Assembly: GCA_964446435.1 (NCBI GenBank)
Contig: CAYUOS010000001.1
Coordinates: 6,659-70,658, forward strand
Direction of reading: 5' to 3'
Origin: an uncultured Rikenellaceae bacterium
GTDB lineage: Bacteria > Bacteroidota > Bacteroidia > Bacteroidales > VadinHA17
DNA length: 64,000 nucleotides
A program made the position numbers and the translations under genes. The notes under the pieces are model-generated. The model did not search any database, had not been told where the DNA came from, and was given only the letters and a program-made list of their open reading frames with translations. Shown here one piece after another: positions 56,976 to 64,000 of this stretch; the stretch's first letter is position 1, and the number at the start of each line of letters is the position of its first letter.

Positions 56976-57016
56976 AAAAGAAAAAGTTCCGGGAGAACCC
57001 CGGAACTTTTTCTTTT
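56976..57016. terminator. Bidirectional intrinsic terminator between the convergent TBDR and csp genes
   Basis: AAAAGAAAAAGTTCCGGG (56976-56993) is perfectly complementary to CCCGGAACTTTTTCTTTT (56999-57016). This gives U-tracts on both strands. Confidence 0.85.
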
Positions 57017-57043
57017 ACAGTAACACTATGTATCAGATATCTT

Positions 57044-57235
57044 CTATATCAGTTTAACGTTTACTGCATTTAGGCCTTTTTTGCCTTCTGTGAGTTCGAA
57101 TGTTACCTCGTCACCTTCGGAGATGCGGTCTTTCAGACCAGTAGAGTGTACAAAATACTCCTTGCCTGTTTCTTCTTCCTTAATGAAGCCGAAACCTTTT
57201 GACTCATTGAAAAATTTAACAATTCCTTTATTCAT
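57044..57235 (-). CDS. Cold-shock protein (CspA family)
   Basis: 63 aa with RNP1 KGFGFI and RNP2 FVH motifs (MNKGIVKFFNESKGFGFIKEE...YFVHSTGL). Confidence 0.95.
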   Translation of the reverse strand: MNKGIVKFFNESKGFGFIKEEETGKEYFVHSTGLKDRISEGDEVTFELTEGKKGLNAVNVKLI

Positions 57236-57258
57236 GATGTTGATTAATTATTACCCGG

Positions 57259-57266
57259 CAAAGGTA
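57259..57266 (-). promoter_or_regulatory. -7 box (TAnnTTTG) for csp
   Basis: The minus strand reads TACCTTTG, 23 nt upstream of the csp ATG (57235). Confidence 0.5.
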
Positions 57267-57307
57267 TTAAAAAAATCGAGAAAGCAATAGAACAGCGATA
57301 AAAGCTG

Positions 57308-58507
57308 TCAGATTGTCCTTCCGGGGTACTTCACAAGAGCCTGTGCCAATGACTCCATGGCGTTCTTAAGGTCTTCAATCTTAAGGACATAGGCTATGCG
57401 AACTTCGTTTTTTCCGCTACCCGGCGTTGAATAAAAACCCGAGGCCGGAGCCAGCATCACAGTCTGGTTCTTATGTTCAAACTCCTCAAGAAGCCACTGT
57501 GAGAACCTGTCAGCGTCATCAACCGGCAGTTTTACAACGGTGTAGAAGGCTCCCTTTGGCTTTGGGCAATAGACTCCCGGCATCTTGTTCAGTGCCTCCA
57601 CCATATAGTCGCGCCGTGTTATATACTCATCATAGACGTTTTTGAAATATTCCGCAGGCGTGTCGAGAGATGCCTCTGCAACTATCTGTCCCAGTCCCGG
57701 AGGGCTGAGCCTCGCCTGTGCGAACTTCAGTGCTGTTGCCACAACCTCGCAGTTCTTGCTTATCAGAACCCCGATCCTTACACCGCACTCACTGTATCTT
57801 TTTGATACTGAGTCTAGCAGTATCACATTTTGTTCGATACCCTCAAGGTGCATAGCAGAGATATGCTTTTCTCCGTCATAGCAGAACTCGCGGTAAACCT
57901 CGTCTGAGAAGAGGAACAGGTCATGCTTCTTAACTATGTCGCGAATCTTGTAAAGCTCATCGCGCGAATAGAGGTAGCCGGTAGGGTTGTTCGGGTTGCA
58001 GATTATTATTCCCTTGGTTTTGGGGGTAATCTTCTTCTCTATCTCTTCAATGGGAGGCAGGGCAAAATCCTCCTTTATGTATGATGTCACCGGTACCACG
58101 GTAACCCCGGCGGTGGTTGCAAATCCGTTGTAATTGGCATAAAACGGCTCGGGTGTAATCACCTCATCACCAGGGTTAAGGCATGTCATTAGTGCAAAAA
58201 GCACAGCCTCGGAACCTCCGGCGGTGACTATCATGTTTGTATGGTCGATATCGATGTTGATGCCCTGGTAGTACTGCGCAAGTTTCCTGCGGTAAGACTC
58301 ATTACCGGCTGAGTGTGAATACTCCAGCACCTTCAGGCTGATGTTCCTGAGCGCCTCCATCGCCACCTCCGGCGTTGGAATATCGGGCTGCCCGATATTG
58401 AGATGATAAACCTTGCGACCCTTTCTTTTTGCTTCTTCTGCATATGGAACCAGCTTTCTTATCGGGGAAGCCGGCATTGCTTTGCCCTTTTCTGATATTG
58501 ATGGCAT
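57308..58507 (-). CDS. Class I/II pyridoxal-phosphate-dependent aminotransferase (aspartate aminotransferase-like)
   Basis: The PLP-lysine context is LLDSVSKRYSECGVRIG, with PIRKL near the N-terminus and NPNNPTG. The ATG at 58507 (MPSISEKGK...) is preferred over the TTG at 58555. Confidence 0.88.
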   Translation of the reverse strand: MPSISEKGKAMPASPIRKLVPYAEEAKRKGRKVYHLNIGQPDIPTPEVAMEALRNISLKVLEYSHSAGNESYRRKLAQYYQGINIDIDHTNMIVTAGGSEAVLFALMTCLNPGDEVITPEPFYANYNGFATTAGVTVVPVTSYIKEDFALPPIEEIEKKITPKTKGIIICNPNNPTGYLYSRDELYKIRDIVKKHDLFLFSDEVYREFCYDGEKHISAMHLEGIEQNVILLDSVSKRYSECGVRIGVLISKNCEVVATALKFAQARLSPPGLGQIVAEASLDTPAEYFKNVYDEYITRRDYMVEALNKMPGVYCPKPKGAFYTVVKLPVDDADRFSQWLLEEFEHKNQTVMLAPASGFYSTPGSGKNEVRIAYVLKIEDLKNAMESLAQALVKYPGRTI

Positions 58508-58536
58508 GATTATCTGGTATTGGTTAATATATCCTA

Positions 58537-58544
58537 CAAATTTA
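58537..58544 (-). promoter_or_regulatory. -7 box (TAnnTTTG) for the aminotransferase
   Basis: The minus strand reads TAAATTTG, 29 nt upstream of the ATG at 58507. Confidence 0.5.
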
Positions 58545-58596
58545 AAAAAAATCAACCCGCCTGTCCATGACTTCAGTCAACATGGGTAAATATTTT

Positions 58597-58604
58597 TAAT
58601 TTTG
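58597..58604 (+). promoter_or_regulatory. -7 box (TAnnTTTG) for the phosphodiester glycosidase gene
   Basis: TAATTTTG sits 20 nt upstream of the ATG at 58625. Confidence 0.5.
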
Positions 58605-58624
58605 ATGGTTAACAAACTACAAAT

Positions 58625-59479
58625 ATGCAACATACTTTACGATTGAGGCTCATCATACTGACGCTTCTTATTGCGGGAACCGGGGCCACCATCTCAGGGC
58701 AGAGAGGTCACAACAGCAAAATTAAGTGGGAAAAGGAGAAGATCGCTCCCGGCCTGGTACTAAAAACAGCTCAGGTGATACCCGGCGACAGCCTGCCACA
58801 GAATCTGAATATCCTTTTAGTAAACACCCGCAAGCGTGATATCGCAATTGTATATAGTCCCGACAAAGGCAGGCGACTAACCGGGGTGCAGGCTGAGGAG
58901 GCAGGAGGCATTGCGGCAGTCAATGCAGGCTTCTTCAACCCTGCCGGAGGCTCGGTCACATACCTGCGCACCGGGGGAATTATTGCCGATGCCGACACCG
59001 CCGGGGCCTGGCCTAGGAATGTGAACCTTAACGGGGCATTGATGGTAAACAGAAGCGGTGAGGTCACGATAATGAAGAAGATGACCAACCAGTGGTATGA
59101 CGACAATCGCCATCAGGTCGACGTACTGGTAACGGGACCGCTATTGGCAGAGGGAGGAATGATAAGCGAACTTCCTGCAACCTCGCTGGTAACGGCAAGG
59201 CACCCACGCACTGCAGTCGGAAAGGCAGGCCGGAAAAAGGTTATCCTTCTGACAGCAGACGGAAGGTCAGATCAGGCAGCCGGATTAACCCTACACCAGC
59301 TGGCCGGGCTGATGCTTTACCTGCGTTGCAGCGAGGCGCTCAACCTCGACGGTGGAGGTTCGTCCACCATGTGGATAAGAGGCAAGCCTTTTGGCGGAGT
59401 GGTCAATATGCCCAGTGACAACAAGCTGTTTGACCATGAGGGAGCGAGAGCAGTCTCCAGTATAGTGATCGTAAGGTGA
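58625..59479 (+). CDS. Phosphodiester glycosidase family protein (DUF2233/NAGPA-like)
   Basis: 284 aa with a signal peptide and the family blocks AAVNAGFFNP, RHPRTAVG and ALNLDGGGSSTMW. Confidence 0.75.
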   Translation: MQHTLRLRLIILTLLIAGTGATISGQRGHNSKIKWEKEKIAPGLVLKTAQVIPGDSLPQNLNILLVNTRKRDIAIVYSPDKGRRLTGVQAEEAGGIAAVNAGFFNPAGGSVTYLRTGGIIADADTAGAWPRNVNLNGALMVNRSGEVTIMKKMTNQWYDDNRHQVDVLVTGPLLAEGGMISELPATSLVTARHPRTAVGKAGRKKVILLTADGRSDQAAGLTLHQLAGLMLYLRCSEALNLDGGGSSTMWIRGKPFGGVVNMPSDNKLFDHEGARAVSSIVIVR

Positions 59480-59500
59480 GTGATCGGAGAAAGCTAACGT

Positions 59501-59554
59501 TCACAGAGATCACAGAGATCACAGAGATCACAGTGTTTGCAGAGATCACAGGGC
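59501..59554. repeat. 6 x 9-bp tandem repeat (TCACAGAGA; 3 perfect + 3 degenerate units) carrying phased GATC sites
   Basis: TCACAGAGA x3 (59501-59527) is followed by TCACAGTGT, TTGCAGAGA and TCACAGGGC. GATC sites lie at 59508, 59517, 59526 and 59544. The array starts 22 nt after the upstream stop codon. Confidence 0.9.
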
Positions 59555-59611
59555 TCATGGAATATCCCCGGTTCAGACGGGAAGAAATTCGTTACCTCTG
59601 ATGTTTTTTTA

Positions 59612-59619
59612 TAGATTTG
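59612..59619 (+). promoter_or_regulatory. -7 box (TAnnTTTG) for valS
   Basis: TAGATTTG sits 30 nt upstream of the ATG at 59650. Confidence 0.5.
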
Positions 59620-59649
59620 CACTCTGAATTGAGAATCACTGCTATTACT

Positions 59650-62277
59650 ATGAATATTCCCACAAAGTACGAACCGGCAGGAGCCGAGGCAAAATGGTAC
59701 AAATACTGGCTTGAGAATGGTTTTTTCAGAAGTGTTCCCGATGAGCGGGAGCCTTACACTATTGCGATACCCCCACCGAATGTGACGGGCGTGCTGCACA
59801 TGGGCCACATGCTCAACAATACCATTCAGGATGTGCTGGTAAGGCGGGCTCGTATGACCGGGAAAAACGCCTGCTGGGTGCCGGGAACCGACCATGCATC
59901 GATTGCAACAGAGGCGAAAGTGGTAGCCAAGCTGCGGGATGAAGGAATTGACAAGCGTGAAATAGGACGGGAAAAATTCATGGAGCATGCGTGGGAGTGG
60001 ACTCACAAGCATGGCGGAATCATTCTCGAGCAGCTTAAGAGACTTGGTGCGTCATGTGACTGGGAAAGGACCCTCTTTACCATGGATGACGAGCGGTATG
60101 ATTCGGTAATCAGGGTATTTATTGACCTCTACAATAAGGGTTTGATATACAGAGGCGTAAGGATGGTCAACTGGGATCCCCAGGCCAAGACTGCAGTATC
60201 AGACGAGGAGGTGAACTATACTGACGAAAATTCGAAGCTTTATTATGTAAAATACCGGATTGCCGGGACCGATGAGTTCATCTCTGTCGCCACCACAAGG
60301 CCGGAGACCATACTTGGTGACACTGCAGTATGCGCCAATCCCTCCGATGAACGTTACAGACACCTGAAGGGCAGAAAGGTGATAGTTCCGATGGTGAACC
60401 GCGAGGTTCCGTTCATCTTTGATGAGTATGTCGAGCAGGAGTTTGGCACAGGATGCCTGAAGATAACACCGGCACATGACATCAACGACTATGAAATAGG
60501 ACTGAGGCATAACCTTCCTGTCATTGATGTTTTCAACGAAGACGGTACAATGAGCGAACAGGCTCAGCTGTTTGTCGGAAAGGACAGGTTCGAGGCTCGC
60601 GAGCTGGCTTATCGTGAACTTGAAATGAGTGGTTCCCTGGTACGGGTTGAGAATTACAAAAACAAGATAGGTCGTTCTGAGCGTACCAACGCGGTTATAG
60701 AACCGAGACTTTCGGTGCAGTGGTTTCTCAGAATGGAGGAGCTGTCAAAACCGGCGCTCGATGCAGTACTTAACGGCGATGTTACCATTTATCCGAAGAA
60801 GTTTGTAAATGTCTACCGCCACTGGATGGAGAATGTACGTGACTGGTGCATAAGCCGTCAGCTCTGGTGGGGACACAGGATACCGGCATGGTATTATGGA
60901 GATGGCAAATTTGTCGTGGCCGCCGATGCGCAAAGCGCCCTGGAACTTGCAAGGAATGAGAGCGGAGACAATTCACTCACTGAATCATCACTGAAGCAGG
61001 ATGAGGATGTGCTTGACACCTGGTTCTCAAGCTGGCTGTGGCCCCTTACCTGTTTCAATGGTATCAGTGAACCGGGAAACAGGGAGATGAAGTACTATTA
61101 TCCTACCAACGACCTTATAACTGCACCCGAGATACTCTTCTTCTGGGTTGCAAGAATGATAATTGCCGGATATGAGTATACCGGCGAGAAGCCCTTCAGC
61201 AACGTCTATCTTCACGGGCTGGTCAGGGACAAGATGCGTCGCAAGATGTCAAAATCGCTTGGCAATTCCCCTGAGCCGCTGAGACTTATTGATACTTATG
61301 GTGCTGATGGTGTAAGGGTAGGGATGCTTCTCTGCTCTCCCGCAGGTAATGACCTGCTTTATGATGATTCGCTTCCCGAGCAGGGCAGGAATTTCTGCAA
61401 CAAGATATGGAATGCCTTCAGGCTTGTTAAGGGATGGGAGCGTGACGAAACACTTGCACAGCCTGAATGGTCGGCAGAAGCTATTGGCTGGATGAGGAAT
61501 GTTACCGATGCAGCCCTTGAGGAACTTGATCAGCACTTCGGTAAATTCAGGATATCGGCAGCGCTGATGACCTGTTACAGGCTTTTCTGGGATCAGTTCT
61601 CATCATGGTATCTTGAGATAGTGAAGCCTTTGTCAGGCAAGAAGATTGACGCAACAACCCATGACGCAACGCTGGAGATATTCGACAGGCTGCTGCGGAT
61701 GATGCATCCTTTTGTACCATTTCTTACAGAGGAGATATGGCAGCTGCTTGATGAAAGAAGACCCGGCGAAAGCATCATGATATCGACAATGCCCGTTGCA
61801 GGCAGGGTTAACCGGAAGATGCTGGCCGATTTTGAGATGGCCTGCCAGATAGTCAGTTCGGTGAGGATGGTAAGGAAGGAGAAGAACATACCCAACCGCG
61901 AGACTGCAGACCTTTATGTGGTTTCTTCTGCCGATGACTTTAAACGGTATTTCCCGACGGTTGTGAGTCGTCTTTGCAACATCGCGACCATTCATTACAC
62001 AGACTCGAAGATTGCGGGGGCGGCTTCATTCATGGCCGGTACACTCGAATTCTTTGTCCCTCTGAAGGTAGCCATCGATGTTGAAGCTGAAAGGGATAGA
62101 CTTGCGAAGGAGATAGCTTATTATCAGGGCTTCCTTGATTCGGTCAACGGTAAACTGTCAAACAGCAACTTTGTTTCCAATGCCCCCGAAAAGGTGGTTG
62201 AAACCGAGAAGAAGAAGCGTGCCGACTCAGAGGCGAAGCTTGCAGCCCTGAAGAATCAGCTTGACGAGCTTGGCTGA
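59650..62277 (+). CDS. valS: Valine--tRNA ligase
   Basis: The HIGH-type motif PPPNVTGVLHMGHML, the KMSKS motif (RKMSKSLGN) and a C-terminal coiled coil. The ATG at 59650 (MNIPTKYEP...) is preferred over the track start at 59617. Confidence 0.95.
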   Translation: MNIPTKYEPAGAEAKWYKYWLENGFFRSVPDEREPYTIAIPPPNVTGVLHMGHMLNNTIQDVLVRRARMTGKNACWVPGTDHASIATEAKVVAKLRDEGIDKREIGREKFMEHAWEWTHKHGGIILEQLKRLGASCDWERTLFTMDDERYDSVIRVFIDLYNKGLIYRGVRMVNWDPQAKTAVSDEEVNYTDENSKLYYVKYRIAGTDEFISVATTRPETILGDTAVCANPSDERYRHLKGRKVIVPMVNREVPFIFDEYVEQEFGTGCLKITPAHDINDYEIGLRHNLPVIDVFNEDGTMSEQAQLFVGKDRFEARELAYRELEMSGSLVRVENYKNKIGRSERTNAVIEPRLSVQWFLRMEELSKPALDAVLNGDVTIYPKKFVNVYRHWMENVRDWCISRQLWWGHRIPAWYYGDGKFVVAADAQSALELARNESGDNSLTESSLKQDEDVLDTWFSSWLWPLTCFNGISEPGNREMKYYYPTNDLITAPEILFFWVARMIIAGYEYTGEKPFSNVYLHGLVRDKMRRKMSKSLGNSPEPLRLIDTYGADGVRVGMLLCSPAGNDLLYDDSLPEQGRNFCNKIWNAFRLVKGWERDETLAQPEWSAEAIGWMRNVTDAALEELDQHFGKFRISAALMTCYRLFWDQFSSWYLEIVKPLSGKKIDATTHDATLEIFDRLLRMMHPFVPFLTEEIWQLLDERRPGESIMISTMPVAGRVNRKMLADFEMACQIVSSVRMVRKEKNIPNRETADLYVVSSADDFKRYFPTVVSRLCNIATIHYTDSKIAGAASFMAGTLEFFVPLKVAIDVEAERDRLAKEIAYYQGFLDSVNGKLSNSNFVSNAPEKVVETEKKKRADSEAKLAALKNQLDELG

Positions 62278-62286
62278 GGAACAGCA

Positions 62287-63606
62287 TCAGGGCTCAGGCC
62301 GCTTTACATAATAATCCTGGTCAACCTTTATCAGTTCCCAACTGTCATTGAGAATAAGTGTCCAGTCGTCACCTGAAGCATGATTTCTTGAGATTTTGAT
62401 ATTCCGTGCCGGAACCCTGAGCTCTTTCAGGTTATGTGATACCAGGCATCCCGACTGGTGTACGACCAGCTTGCCCCAGTTGTCAGACACTCTCAGGGAC
62501 TTGTAGATGGTGCCAAGGGTGTCGAGGGTATTGGGGTCATCGGGCTCGAATCCGAATGCCGGACTCTGAAGCTGGAAGTATACTACAGGCTTCTCGGTAA
62601 AGGCACTTAGCTCCTTATTCATAGCCTCCTTGATTCGCCTTTCACGTTCGGCCTCCTCTTCCCTTATGCTGTCGATGTCGTAGTTTATTGCGATACTACC
62701 TGCCACATCCCTGACAATATCAGGCAGGGTGATGTCATACAGTCTGGCAGTGAGTTTTCCAAGGTCGGTGTTGTCAGCATCGATCGATGCCAGTGAAAAA
62801 CCCTTGTCTTTGAGCAGGTATGCATAGAGGGCTCCGTGTATGAACCCGAATGACTGACCGAATGACCGGTACCTGTAGTATTCATTGATTCCTGCCAGCA
62901 GCCTCTGCCTTTGTTCCTCAACCGAGCCGGTGCAGAGCCTGGTATATGTAAAGGTCGCCAGGCCCTCATAGTTTTCGAAGCGGAGCTCATCATTTACGTA
63001 TGATGGGAATGCCTCATGCCTTGCACCCCTGAAGATAAGCGCGTCGCGGATGGCGAGGTCACGCATCTCTTCATCATCTGATGAGATGGCCTTGTGCAGG
63101 GCCTTCCATTCGAGTTTCAGCCACAGGCGGGCATTTTTTTCGTTCATATGCCTGTTGTTGAAAGAGCGGGGTGAAATGCCCTTTCTTTTCTGCATGGCGT
63201 GGGTAAAGGCATGAAAGGCATAGGCCTTGATCCGGTATTCGTCCTCTCTTGATGGTACCGGAACCATGGCAAAAGTTGTACTGCCGAAGTCAATGGCTAC
63301 CACATCTATTATCTTCTCTTTAGGATAGAGACCTGTCCAGACACCATCCTTAAGCTTGAGCAAACCCTCTGCATCAGGTGCCGAAGCAACTATCCTTCTT
63401 GACTCCCTCTCAACAAACATCACCGGAATACAAAGGTCAGTACCCCAGAGCTTTCCGCCATCGCGGTCACATATGGCTCGAATCTCACTGAAATAGTAGA
63501 GTGCTCTCTCCGGGGTCAGGTATGTAGCCGGTGGTTCGTTCCTGCATGAGCCTAAAAGGCAGATAATCAATATAACCGGCAGACTGTATCTCATTTTATA
63601 ACTCAT
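62287..63606 (-). CDS. Hypothetical lipoprotein
   Basis: 439-aa ORF with a lipobox (ICLLGSCRNE). I recognised no family or catalytic motif. Confidence 0.6.
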   Translation of the reverse strand: MSYKMRYSLPVILIICLLGSCRNEPPATYLTPERALYYFSEIRAICDRDGGKLWGTDLCIPVMFVERESRRIVASAPDAEGLLKLKDGVWTGLYPKEKIIDVVAIDFGSTTFAMVPVPSREDEYRIKAYAFHAFTHAMQKRKGISPRSFNNRHMNEKNARLWLKLEWKALHKAISSDDEEMRDLAIRDALIFRGARHEAFPSYVNDELRFENYEGLATFTYTRLCTGSVEEQRQRLLAGINEYYRYRSFGQSFGFIHGALYAYLLKDKGFSLASIDADNTDLGKLTARLYDITLPDIVRDVAGSIAINYDIDSIREEEAERERRIKEAMNKELSAFTEKPVVYFQLQSPAFGFEPDDPNTLDTLGTIYKSLRVSDNWGKLVVHQSGCLVSHNLKELRVPARNIKISRNHASGDDWTLILNDSWELIKVDQDYYVKRPEP

Positions 63607-63616
63607 TTTGCAGAGC

Positions 63617-63624
63617 CAAAATTA
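63617..63624 (-). promoter_or_regulatory. -7 box (TAnnTTTG) for the hypothetical lipoprotein gene
   Basis: The minus strand reads TAATTTTG, 10 nt upstream of the ATG at 63606. Confidence 0.4.
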
Positions 63625-63732
63625 ATAAAAATGGAACAATTTAAAACAAATTAACAATTAAGAGTGATAATAGCTGTTCAGATCAACATTCAAATCATGA
63701 TAAAGGTAATTTGGAATAGTGGGTTTAATTAA

Positions 63733-63740
63733 TATTTTTG
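63733..63740 (+). promoter_or_regulatory. -7 box (TAnnTTTG)
   Basis: TATTTTTG sits 27 nt upstream of the ATG at 63768. Confidence 0.5.
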
Positions 63741-63767
63741 CTGTTTGCATTTTAATACACAAACAAT

Positions 63768-64000
63768 ATGAAAAACAACGAGATAACTTTAAACCCCAAT
63801 GAATTGGTTCAATTTCTCAAAAAGCCTGCAGGAGAATTTACCAGGGAGGATCTGATAAAATTCATTGAGGCACGATCGATAAAGAGTCTGAATTTCAGGT
63901 ATGTGGCAGAAGACGGTAAGCTGAAGGCGCTTAACTTTGTGCCTCACAATCGCGAACACCTTGAAACAATTCTGTTCGCAGGCGAGAGGGTTGACGGCTC
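63768..64000 (+). CDS. Glutamine synthetase-like protein, N-terminal fragment (3' end outside the window)
   Basis: The frame is open to the window edge: MKNNEITLNPNELVQFLKKPAGEFTREDLIKFIEARSIKSLNFRYVAEDGKLKALNFVPHNREHLETILFAGERVDG. It resembles my recollection of the N-terminal beta-grasp region of the ~500-aa Bacteroidetes glutamine synthetase family. This is unverified. Confidence 0.5.
   Translation, partial: MKNNEITLNPNELVQFLKKPAGEFTREDLIKFIEARSIKSLNFRYVAEDGKLKALNFVPHNREHLETILFAGERVDG

Noticed and set aside
59501-59554. Possible CRISPR array (regularly repeated short units).
   Set aside because: The units are only 9 bp and directly abut one another with no spacers. No cas genes are nearby. 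This is a simple tandem repeat.
59494-60012. 172-aa minus-strand ORF ending in ...CDLCKHCDLCDLCDLCER, which looks like a Cys-rich repeat peptide.
   Set aside because: The Cys-Asp-Leu repeats are simply the 9-bp tandem array read in one frame. The rest of the ORF is antisense to the valS 5' region.
1-64000. Search for mobile elements, prophage, rRNA/tRNA genes and riboswitch-like leaders.
   Set aside because: No ORF is transposase-, integrase- or phage-like. None of the 15 intergenic spacers longer than 100 bp shows a tRNA cloverleaf signature (for example a GTTCRANYC T-loop) or rRNA-like sequence. I could not recognise any riboswitch consensus by eye. This is a weak negative that needs a covariance-model (Rfam) scan.

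Overview
This window reads as a Bacteroidota chromosomal segment. The evidence is SusC/SusD pairs, many CarboxypepD_reg-type TonB-dependent receptors, TAnnTTTG -7 promoter boxes in place of Shine-Dalgarno/-10 signals, and a Bacteroidetes-style dcw cluster. Gene density is high and almost every long ORF is interpretable. From 5' to 3' the content is:
- The end of a PUL with tandem susC/susD pairs plus a surface lipoprotein (1-8654).
- aspS, a plug-only TonB-receptor fragment protein and miaB.
- A LytTR two-component system divergent from a TonB-dependent receptor.
- A lipoprotein, a SPOR protein and purF.
- A convergent N-acyltransferase/O-acyltransferase pair resembling the Bacteroidetes glycine-lipid genes.
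- A complete division/cell-wall cluster, mraZ-rsmH-ftsL-ftsI-murE-mraY-murD-ftsW-murG-murC-ftsQ-ftsA-ftsZ (23676-38998), followed by a porin-like protein and an MltF-like lytic transglycosylase.
- A minus-strand block: lolE-like, gatE, gatD, NUDIX.
- NamZ-like (DUF1343) and an HpcH aldolase.
- An ECF sigma/anti-sigma(TonB_C) pair divergent from a vWA protein.
- A small His-rich membrane protein followed by a TonB-dependent receptor.
- csp, an aminotransferase, a phosphodiester glycosidase, valS, an orphan lipoprotein and the start of a glutamine-synthetase-like gene.

I found no rRNA, tRNA, CRISPR array, transposase or integrase.

The most unusual content is a tightly coupled archaeal-type gatE-gatD pair (Glu-tRNA(Gln) amidotransferase GatDE) embedded in an otherwise typical bacterial context. 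Secondary curiosities:
- Three short tandem-repeat arrays (two 4x7 bp, one 6x9 bp rich in GATC), each placed directly after a stop codon.
- A clear 10-bp-phased AAAGTGG MraZ operator.
- A His-rich small protein/TBDR pair.
- An ECF/anti-sigma-TonB_C/vWA module.

All calls rest on reading the translated ORFs and the sequence by eye. No database search or composition statistic was run.
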